In this document: positions 29,740 to 41,400 of the stretch, in pieces
How the letters are laid out: each line of letters starts with the position of its first letter
Numbering within the stretch: the stretch's first letter is position 1
DNA from: the human T2T-CHM13v2.0 reference genome, Homo sapiens
Strand: one strand, 5' to 3'
NCBI RefSeq assembly: GCF_009914755.1
Contig: NC_060933.1
Length of the DNA stretch: 64,000 nucleotides
Program-made: the position numbers and the translations under genes
The notes under the pieces: model-generated
Told to the model about the DNA's origin: nothing
The model's input: the letters and a program-made list of their open reading frames with translations, nothing else
Database searches by the model: none

Positions 29740-32700
29740 CATTACATTCGGATTGATTCTATTCAACTCCCTTACTCTCCATTACATTCGATTCCATTCA
29801 GGTTGTTCCATTCCATTCCATTCCATTCCACTCCATTCCATTGCACTCGGGTTGATTCCATTCCATTCCATTCCATTCCATTCCATTCCATTCCGGAAGA
29901 TTCCATTCCATTGCATTCCATTCCATTCCATTCCCCTGCACTCGCGTTGATTCCATTCCATTCCATTCCATTCCATTCCATTCCATTCCATTCCATTGCA
30001 TTCCATTCCTTTCCGTTGCATTCCATTCCATTCCATTCCATTCCATTCGATTCCGTTCCGTTCCGTTCCATTCCATTCCATTGAATTCTATTCGGGTTAA
30101 TTCCATTCCATTCCATTCGATTGCAATCGAGTTGATTCCATTCCATTCCATTCCATTCCATTCCATTCCATTCCATTCCATTCCATTCCACTCCTTTCCA
30201 TTCCATTACGGATGATTCCATTCCATTGCATTCCATTCCATTCCATTCCCCTGTACTCGGGGTCATTCCACTCCATTCCATTCCAATCCATGCCATTCCA
30301 CTCGTGTTGATTCCATTCTTTCCATTCCATTCAAGTTGAATCCATTCCATTGCATTCCATTCCATTCCATTCCCCTGCAGTCGGGTTGATTCCATTCCAT
30401 TCCATTCTATTCCATTCCATTCCATTCCATTCCGTTCCGTTCCGTTCCATTCCATTCCATTCCATTCTATTCGGGTTAATTCCATTCCATTCCATTCCAT
30501 TCCATTCCATTCTGTTCCGTTCCGTTCCATTCCATTCCATTCCATTCTATTCGGGTTAATTCCATTCCATTCCATTCCATTCCATTCCATTCCAATCGAG
30601 TTGATTCCATTCCATTCCATTCCATTCCATTCCACTCCATTCCAGTCCTTTCCATTCCTTTCCACTCGGGTTGATTCCAATGTATTCCTTTCCATTCCAT
30701 TCCATTCCATTGCAATCGAGTTGATTCCATTGCTTTGCATTCCATTCCATTCCATTCCATTCCGGATGATTCCATTCCATTGCATTCCATTCCATTCCAT
30801 TCCCCTGCACTCGGGTTGATTCCATTCCATTCCACTCCATTCCGTTCCATTCCATTACATTCCATTGTATTCGGGTTAATTCCATTCCACTCCATTCCAT
30901 TCCATTCCATTCCATTCCATTCCATTACAATCGAGTTGATTCCATTCCATTCCATTCCATTCCAGTCCTTTCCATTCCATTCCACTCGGGTTGATTCCAT
31001 TCTATTAGTTTCCATTCCATTCCATTCCCTTCCATTCCACTCTGGTTGATTCCATTCCTTTCCATTCCACTCGAATACATTCCCTCCTATTCCACTCGGA
31101 ACGATTCCATTCCATTCCATTCCATTCCATTCCATTCCATTCCATTCCATTCCATTCCATTTCGTTCCATTCCATTCTATTCTGTGTCATTCCATTCCAT
31201 TCCATTCCATTCCATTCCATTCCATTCCACTCGTGTTGATTCCATTCCTTTCCATTCCATTCGGTTTGAAGGCATTCTATTCCATTCCATTCCATTCCAT
31301 TCCATTCCATTCCATTGTACTCGGGTTGATTGCATTCCATTGCATTCCATTCCATTCCATTCCGTTGCATTCCATTCCGTTACATTCGGATTGATTCTAT
31401 TCAACTCCCTTACATTCCATTACATTCCATTCCTTTCGGGTTGTTCCATTCCATTCTATTCCATTCCACTCCATTCCACTGCACTCGGGTTGATTCCATT
31501 CCATTCCATTCCATTCCATTCCATTCCAATCCGGATGATTCCATTCCATTGCATTCCGTTCCATTTCATTCCCCTGCACTCGCGTTGATTCCATTCCATT
31601 CCATTCAATTCCATTCCATTACAATTCGTTACTTTCCATTCTATTCCGTACCATTCCATTCCATTCCATACCATTCCATTCCATTCCATTCCATTCCATT
31701 CCATTCCATTCCGTTCCATTCTGTTCCATTGCATTCCATTCCATTCTATTCGGGTTCATTCCATTCAATTCCATTCCATTCCATTCTATTCCATTCCATT
31801 GCAATCGAGTTGAATCCATTGCATTCCATTCCATTCCATTCCATTCCATTCCGGAAGATTCCATTCCATTGCATTCCATTCCATTCCATTCCCCTGCACT
31901 CGCGTTGATTCCATTCCATTCCATTGCATTCCATTCCGTTCCGTTCCATTCCATTCCATTCCATTCCATTCCATTCCGTTCCTTTCCATTCCATTCCATT
32001 CCATTCTATTCGGGTTAATTCCATTCCATTCCATTCGATTGCAATCGAGTTGATTCCATTCCATTGCATTCCATTCCATTCGATTCCATTCGATTGCACT
32101 CGGGTTGATTCCATTCCATTGCATTCCATTCCATTCCATTCCATTCCATTCCATTCCATTCCATTCCTTTCCATTACATTCGGATTTATTCTATTCAATT
32201 CCCTTACACTCCATTACATTCCATTCCATTCGGGTAGTTTCCACTCCATTCCATTCCATTTCTCTCCATTCCATTGCACTCGGGTTGATTCCATTCCATT
32301 GCATTCCATTCCATTCGGGTAGTTTCCACTCCATTCCATTCCATTCCTCTCCAGTCCATTGCACTCGGGTTGATTCCATTCCATTGCATTCCATTCCATT
32401 CCATTCAATTCCATTCCTTTCCATTCCATTCCATTACATTCGGATTGATTCTATTCAACTCCCTTACTCTCCATTACATTCCATTCCATTCGGGTTGTTC
32501 CATTCCATTCCATTCCATTCCACTCCATTCCATTGCACTCGGGTTTATTCCATTCCATTCCATTCCATTCCATTCCATTCCATTCCGGAAGATTCCATTC
32601 CACTGCATTCCATTCCATTCCATTCCCCTGTACTCGCGTTGATTCCATTCCATTCAATTCCATTCCACTCCATTCGATTCCATTCCTTTCCGTTCCATTC

Positions 32701-34700
32701 CATTCCATTCCATTCCATTCCATTCCGTTCCGTTCCGTTCCGTTCCGTTCCGTTCCATTCCATTCCATTCCATTCTATTCGGGTTAATTCCATTCCATTC
32801 CATTCGACTGCAATCGAGTTGATTCCATTCCATTCCATTCCATTCCATTCCATTCCATTCCATTCCATTCCTTTCCATTCCATTACGGATGATTCCATTC
32901 CATTGCATTCCATTCCATTCCATTCTCCTGTACTCGGGTTGATTCCATTCCATTCCATTCCAATCCATGCCATTCCACTCGTGTTGATTCCATTCTTTCC
33001 CTTCCATTCAAGTTGAATCCATTCCATTGAATTCCATTCCATTCCATTCCCCTGCAGTCGGGTTGATTCCATTCCATTCCATTCCATTCCATTCCATTCC
33101 GTTCCGTTCCGTTCCATTCCGTTCCATTCCATTCCATTCCATTCCATTGCATTCCAATCGAGTTGATTCCATTCCATTCCATTCCATTCCATTCCACTCC
33201 ATTCCAGTCCTTTCCATTCCTTTCCACTCGGGTTGATTCCAATGTATTCCTTTCCATTCCATTCCATTCGATTGCAATCGAGTTGATTCCATTGCTTTGC
33301 ATTCCATTCCATTCCATTCCATTCCGGATGATTCCATTCCGTTGCATTCCATTCCATTCCATTCCACTGCACTCGGGTTGATTCCATTCCATTCCACTCC
33401 ATTCCGTTCCATTCCATTCCATTCCATTGTATTCGGGTTAATTCCATTCCATTCCATTCCATTCCATTACATTCCATTCCATTACAATCGAGTTGATTCC
33501 ATTCCATTCCATTCCATTCCATTCCAGTCCTTTCCATTCCATTCCACTCGGGTTGATTCCATTCTATTAGTTTCCATTCCATTCCATTCCCTTCCATTCC
33601 ACTCTGGTTGATTCCATTCCTTTCCATTTCACTCGAATACATTCCCTCCTATTCCACTCGGAACGATTCCATTCCATTCCATTCCATTCCATTCCATTCC
33701 ATTCCATTCCATTCCATTCCATTTCGTTCCATTCCATTCTATTCTGTATCATTCCATTGCATTCCATTCCATTCCATTCCATTCCATTCCATTCCACTCG
33801 TGTTGATTCCATTCCTTTCCATTCCATTCGGTTTGAAGGCATTCCATTCCATTCCATTCCATTCCATTCCATTCCATTCCATTCCATTCCATTGTACTCG
33901 GGTTGATTGCATTCCATTGCATTCCATTCCATTCCATTCCGTTGCATTCCATTCCATTACATTCGGATTGATTCTATTCAACTCCCTTACATTCCATTAC
34001 ATTCCATTCCTTTCGTGTTATTCCATTCCATTCTATTCCATTCCACTCCATTCCATTGCACTCGGGTTGATTCCATTCCATTCCATTCCATTCCATTCCA
34101 TTCCATTCCATTCCATTCCGGATGATTCCATTCCATTGCATTCCGTTCGATTACATTCCCCTGCACTCGCGTTGATTCCATTCCATTCCATTCAATTCCA
34201 TTCCATTACAATTCGTTACATTCCATTCTATTCCGTACCATTCCATTCCATTCCATACCATTCCATTCCATTCCATTCCATTCCATTCCATTCCGTTCCA
34301 TTCTGTTCCATTGCATTCCATTCCATTCTATTCGGGTTCATTCCATTCCATTCCATTCCATTCCATGCTATTCCATTCCATTGCAATCGAGTTGAATCCA
34401 TTGCATTTCATTCCATTCCATTCCATTCCATTCCGGAAGATTCCATTCCATTGCATTCCATTCCATTCCATTCCCCTGCACTCGCGTTGATTCCATTCCA
34501 TTCCATTCCATTCCATTCCATTCCGTTCCATTCCATTCCATTCCATTCCATTCCATTCCATTCCGTTCCTTTCCATTCCATTCCTTTCCATTCTATTCGG
34601 GTTAATTCCATTCCATTCCATTCGATTGCAATCGAGTTGATTCCATTCCATTGCATTCCATTCCATTCGATTCCATTCGATTGCACTCGGGTTGATTCCA
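29740..34700 (-). repeat. Tandem duplication of ~2.6-2.7 kb adjacent to the inversion junction (copies start ~29740 and ~32430)
   Basis: Same cassette order. ORF pairs 30601/33163, 30735/33297 and 31046/33608 are all offset 2,562. Shared variants CTATTCTGT(G/A)TCATT, CAATTCGTTAC, CTGTTCCATTGC, ATTCGGGTTCATT. Confidence 0.8.
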
Positions 34701-34799
34701 TTCCATTGCATTCCATTCCATTCCATTCCATTCCATTCCATTCCTTTCCATTCCATTACGGATGATTCCATTCCATTGCATTCCATTCCATTCCATTCC

Positions 34800-35720
34800 C
34801 TTGTACTCGGGTTGATTCCATTCCATTCCATTCCATTCCATTCTATTCCATTCCATTCCATTCCATTCCGGAAGACTCCATTCCATTGCATTCCATTCCA
34901 TTCCATTCCCCTGCACTCGCGTTGATTCCATTCCATTCCATTCCATTCCATTCCATTCCATTCCGATCCGTTCCGTTCCATTCCATTCCATTCCATTCCA
35001 TTCCATTCCGTTCCGTTCTATTCCATTCCATTCCATTCCATTCTATTCGGGTTAATTCCATTCCATTCCATTCAATTGCAATCGAGTTGATTCCATTCCA
35101 TTCCATTCCATTCCATTCCATTCCTTTCCATTACATTACGGATGATTCCATTCCATTTCATTCCATTCCATTCCATTCCCCTGTACTCGGGTTGATTCCA
35201 TTCCATTCCATTCCAATCCATGCCATTCCACTCGTGTTGATTCCTTTCTTTCCATTCCATTCAAGTTGAATCCATTCCATTGCATTCCATTCCATTCGAT
35301 TCCATTCGATTGCACTCGGGTAGATTCCATGGCATTGCATTCCATTCCATTCCATTCCATTCCATTCCTTTCCATTCCATTCCATTCCATTCCATTCGGA
35401 TTCATTCTATTCAATTCCCTTTCACTCCATTACATTCCATTCCATTCGTGTAGTTTCCATTCCATTCCATTCCATTCCTCTCCATTCCATTGCACTCGGG
35501 TTGATTCCATTCCATTCCATTCCATTCCATTCCATTTCATTCCGGATGATTCCATTCCATTGAATTCCATTCCATTCCATTCCCCTGCACTTGGGTTGAT
35601 TCCATTCCATTCCATTCTATTCCTTTCTGTTCCATTCCATTCCATTCCATTCCATTCTATTCGTGTTAATTCCGTTCCATTCTGTTCCATTCCATTCCAT
35701 TGAAATCGAGTTGATTCCAT
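34800..35720 (-). repeat. Dispersed direct repeat block (partner at ~46650-47600, offset ~11.85-11.9 kb)
   Basis: Shared TTCCGATCCG (34961/46813), TTCAATTGCAATCG, TTACATTACGG, CATGGCATTGC, TTCGTGTAGTTT, CACTTGGG, CGTGTTAATTCCGTTCCATTCTG, TTGAAATCGAG. Confidence 0.8.
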
Positions 35721-37539
35721 TCCATTCCATTCCATTCGGGATGATTCCATTCCATTGCATTCCATTCGATTCCATTCCCCTGCACTCGTGTTGATTCCAT
35801 TCCCTTCCATTCCATTCCATTCCGCTCCATTCCATTCCATTCCATTCTATTCCGGTTAATTCCATTCCATTCCATTCCATTCCATTCCATTCCATTCCAT
35901 TGCAATCGAGTTGATTCCATTCCATTCCTTTCCATGCCATTCCATTGCCTTGCATTCCACTCGGGTTGATTCCATTCCCTTCTTTCCCCTCCATTACATT
36001 CCCTACCATGATTGATTCCATTCCATTCCATTCCATTGCATTCCATTGCAATCCATTCCAATCCATTCCATTCCATTCCATTCCACTCGAGTTGACTTCA
36101 TTCCATTCCTTTCCATTCCATTCCATTCCTTTCCACTCGAGTTGATTCCATTCCATTCCAATCCATTGCATTCCATTCCATGCCATTCCACTCGGGTTGA
36201 TTCCATTCCTTTGCATTCCATTCCATTCCATTCCATTCCATTCCATTCAATTCCATTCCGTTGCATTCCATTCCATTACATTCGGATTGATTCTATTCAA
36301 CTCCCTTACTCTCCATTACATTCCATTCCATTCGGGTTGTTCCATTCCATTCCATTCCATTCCACTCCATTCCATTGCACTCGGGTTGATTCCATTCCAT
36401 TCCATTCCATTCCATTCCATTCCGGATGATTCCATTCCATTGCATTCCGTTCCATTACATTCCCCTGCACTCGCGTTGATTCCATTCCATTCCATTCCAT
36501 TCCATTCAATTCCATTCCATTACAATTCGTTCCATTCCATTCTATTCCGTACCATTCCATTCCATTCCATACCATTCCATTCCAATCCATTCCATTCCAT
36601 TCCATTCCATTCCGTTCCATTCCGTTCCATTCCATTCCATTCCATTCTATTCGGGTTAATCCCATTCCATTCCATTCCATTCCATTCTATTCCATTCCAT
36701 TGCAATCGAGTTGCATCCATTGCATTTCATTTCATTCCATTCCATTCCATTCCATTCCGGAAGATTCCATTCCATTGCATTCCATTTCATTCCATTCCCC
36801 TGCAGTCGGGTTGATTCCATTCCATTCCATTCCATTCCATTCCATTCCATTCCATTCCGTTCCGTTCCATTTAATTCCATTCCATTCTATTCGGGTTAAT
36901 TCCATTCCATTCCATTCCATTCCATTCCATTCCATTCCATTCCATTCCATTGCAATCAGTTGATTCCATTGCATTCCATTCCATTCCATTCCATTCCATT
37001 CCGTTCCGTTCCGTTCCATTCCATTCTATTCCATTCCATTCCATTCTATTCGGGTTAATTCCATTCCATTCCATTCGATTGCAATAGAGTTGATTCCATT
37101 CCATTCCATTCCATTCCTTTCCATTACATTACGGATGATTCCATTCCATTTCATTCCATTCCATTCCATTCCCCTGTACTCGGGTTGATTCCATTCCATT
37201 CCATTCCAATCCATGGCATTCCACTCGTGTTGATTCCATTCTTTCCATTCCATTCACGTTGAATCCATTCCATTGCATTCCATTCCATTCGATTCCATTC
37301 GATTGCACTCGGGTTGATTCCATGGCATTGCATTCCATTCCATTCCATTCCATTCCATTCCATTCCTTTCCATTCCATTCCATTCGGATTCATTCTATTC
37401 AATTCCCTTACACTCCATTACATTCCATTCGATTCGTGTAGTTTCCATTCCATTCCATTCCATTCCTCTCCATTCCATTGCACTCGGGTTGATTCCATTC
37501 CATTCCATTCCATTCCATTCCATTCCATTCCATTCCATT

Positions 37540-38420
37540 CCGGATGATTCCATTCCATTGAATTTCATTCCATTCCATTCCCCTGCACTTGGGTTGATTC
37601 CATTCCATTCCATTCCATTCCTTTCTGTTCCATTCAATTCCATTCCTTTCTATTCTATTCGTGTTAATTCCATTCCATTCTATTCCATTCCATTTCCATT
37701 GTAATCGAGTTGATTCCATTCCATTCCATTCCATTCCATTCCATTCCGGATGATTCCATTCCTTTGCATTCCATTCCATTCCATTCCCCTGCACTCGGGT
37801 TGATTCCATTCCATTCCATTACATTACATTCCATTCCATTCCGTTCCATTTCATTCTATTCGGGTTAATTCCATTCCATTCCATTCCATTCCACTCCATT
37901 CCAGTCCTTTCCATTCCCTTCCACTCGGGTTGATTCCATTCTATTCCTTTCAATTCCATTCCATTCCATTGCAATCGAGTTGATTCCATTCGAGTTGAAT
38001 CCATTCCATTCCATTCCATTCCATTCCATTGCACACGGGTTCATTCCATTCCATTCCATTCCATTCCATTCTATTCCATTTCATTCCATTCCATTGTATT
38101 CCGTACCATTCCATTCCATCCCATTCCATTCCGTTCCATTCCATGCCATTACACTCGGGTTGATTCCATTCCTTTCCATTCCATTCTTGTTGAATCCATT
38201 CCATTCCATTCCATTCCATTCGAATCCATTCCATTGCACTCAGGTTGATTCCATTCCATTCCATTCCATTCCATTTCATTCCATTCCATTCCATTACATT
38301 CGGATTGATTCTATTCAATTCCCTTACACTCCATTACATTCCATTCCATTCGGGATGTTTCCATTCCATTACATTCCATTGCACTCCATTCCATTGCATC
38401 AGGTTGATTGCATTCCATTC
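37540..38420 (-). repeat. Dispersed direct repeat block (partner at ~54220-55100, offset 16,680)
   Basis: The 60-nt lines starting 37681 and 54361 are identical. Shared CATTTCCATTGTAATCG, GCACACGGGTTCATT, CCATCCCATT, CTTGTTGAATCC, CACTCAGGTTG, CGGGATGTTTCC, GCATCAGGTTG. Confidence 0.85.
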
Positions 38421-41400
38421 CATTCCATTCCATTCCATTTCGTTCCATTCCATTCTATTCCGTATCATTCCATTCCATTCCATTCCATTCCATTCCACTC
38501 GTGTTGATTCCATTCCTTTCCATTCCATTCGGTTTGAAGGCATTCCATTCCATTCCATTCCATTCCATTCCATTCCATTCCATTGTACTCGGGTTGATTG
38601 CATTCCATTGCATTCCATTCCATTCCATTCCGTTGCATTCCATTCCATTACATTCGGATTGATTCTATTAAACTGCCTTACATTCCATTACATTCCATTC
38701 CATTCGGGTTGTTCCATTCCATTCCATTCCATTCCACTCCATTCCATTGCACTCGGGTTGATTCCATTCCATTCCATTCCATTCCATTCCATTCCATTCC
38801 ATTCCATTCCATTCCATTCCGGATGATTCCATTCCATTGCATTCCGTTCCATTACATTCCCCTGCACTCGCGTTGATTCCATTCCATTCCATTCCATTCG
38901 GGTTGTTCCATTCCATTCCATTCCATTCCACTCCATTCCATTGCACTCGGGTTGATTCCATTCCATTCCATTCCATACCATTCCATTCCATTCCATTCCA
39001 TTCCATTCCATTCCGTTCCATTCCGTTCCATTGCATTCCATTCCATTCTATTCGGGTTCATTCCATTCCATTCCATTCCATTCCATTCTATTCCATTCCA
39101 TTGCAATCGAGTTGAATCCATTGCATTTCATTCCATTCCATTCCATTCCATTCCATTCTGGAAGATTCCATTCCATTGCATTCTATTCCATTCCATTCCC
39201 CTGCACTCGCGTTGATTCCATTCCATTCCATTCCATCCCATTCCGTTCCGTTCCATTCCATTCCATTCCATTCCGTTCCTTTCCATTCCATTCCATTCCA
39301 TTCTATTCGGGTTAATTCCATTCCATTCCATTCGATTGCAATCGAGTTGATTCCATTCCATTGCATTCCGTTCCATTCGATTCCATTCGATTGCACTCGG
39401 GTTGATTCCATTCCATTGCATTCCTTTCCATTCCATTCCATTCCATTCCATTCCATTCCATTCCGTTCCATTCCTTTCCATTACATTCGGATTGATTCTA
39501 TTCAATTCCCCTACACTCCATTACATTCCATTCCATTCGGGTAGTTTCCACTCCATTCCATTCCATTTCTCTCCATTCCATTGCACTCGGGTTGATTCCA
39601 TTCCATTGCATTCCATTCCTTTCGGGTAGTTTCCACTCCATTCCATTCCATTCCTCTCCGTTCCATTGCACTCGGGTTGATTCCATTCCATTGCATTCCA
39701 TTCCATTCCATTCAATTCCATTCCGTTCCATTCCATTCCATTACATTCGGATTGATTCTATTCAACTCCCTTACTCTCCATTACATTCCATTCCATTCGG
39801 GTTGTTCCATTCCATTCCATTCCATTCCACTCCATTCCATTACACTCGGGTTGATTCCATTCCATTCCATTCCATTCCATTCCATTCCATTCCATTCCGG
39901 AAGATTCCATTCCATTCCTTTCCCCTGCACTCGCGTTGATTCCATTCCATTCCTTTCCATTCCATTCCATTCCATTCCTTTCCGTTCCATTCCATTCCAT
40001 TCCATTCCATTCCATTCCATTCCGTTCCGTTCCGTTCCGTTCCGTTCCGTTACATTCCATTCCATTCCATTCTATTCGGGTTAATTCCATTCCATTCCAT
40101 TCGACTGCACTCGAGTTGATACCATTCCATTCCATTCCATTCCATTCCATTCCATTCCATTCTTTCCATTCCATTCAAGTTGAATCCATTCCATTGCATT
40201 CCATTCCATTCCATTCCCCTGCAGTCGGGTTGATTCCATTCCATTCCATTCCATTCCATTCCATTCCATTCCATTCCATTCCTTTCCGTTCCGTTCCATT
40301 CCATTCCATTCCATTCTATTCGGGTTAATTCCATTCCATTCCATTCCATTCCATTCCATTCCATTCCATTCCATTCCAATCGAGTTGATTCCATTCCATT
40401 CCATTCCATTCCATTCCACTCCATTCCAGTCCTTTCCATTCCATTCCACTCGGGTTGATTCCAATGTATTCCTTTCCATTCCATTGCATTCCATTGCAAT
40501 CGAGTTGATTCCATTGCTTTGCATTCCATTCCATTCCATTCCATTCCGGATGATTCCATTCCATTGCATTCCATTCCATTCCATTCCCCTGCACTCGGGT
40601 TGATTCTATTCCATTCCATTCCGTTCCGTTCCACTCCATTCCATTCCATTCTATTCGGGTTAATTCCATTCCATTCCATTCCATTCGATTGCAATCGTGT
40701 TGATTCCATTCCATTCCATTCCATTCCATTCCATTCCATTCCATTCCATTCCATTCCTTTCCATTCCATTACGGATGATTCCATTCCATTGCATTCCATT
40801 CCATTCCATTCCCCTGTACTCGGGTTGATTCCATTCCATTGCATTCCAATCCATGCCCTTCCACTCGTGTTGATTCCATTCTTTCCATTCCATTCAAGTT
40901 GAATCCATTCCATTGCATTCCATTCCATTCGATTCCATTCGATTGCACTCGGGTTGATTCCATTCCATTCCATTCCATTCCATTCCATTCCATTCCGTTC
41001 CGTTCCATTCCATTACATTCGGATTGATTTTATTCAATTCCCTTACACTCCATTACATTCCATTCCATTCGGGTAGTTTCCATTCCATTCCATTCCATTC
41101 CTCTCCATTCCATTGCACTCGGGTTGATTCCATTCCATTGCATTCCATTCCATTCCATTCAGTTCCATTCCGTTTCATTCCATTCCATTACATTCGAATG
41201 GATTCTATTCAACTCCCTTACTCTCCATTACATTCCATTCCATTCGGGCTGTTCCATTCCATTCCATTCCATTCCACTCCATTCCATTGCTCTCGGGTTT
41301 ATTCCATTCCATTCCATTCCATTCCATTCCATTCCATTCCATTCCGGAAGATTCCATTCCATTGCATTCCATTCCATTCCATTCCCCTGCACTCGCGTTG

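Noticed and set aside
29463-29756. Chimeric ORFs crossing the junction (MEWNG-type switching to IPFHS-type)
   Set aside because: A by-product of the strand flip. Useful only as a marker of the breakpoint.
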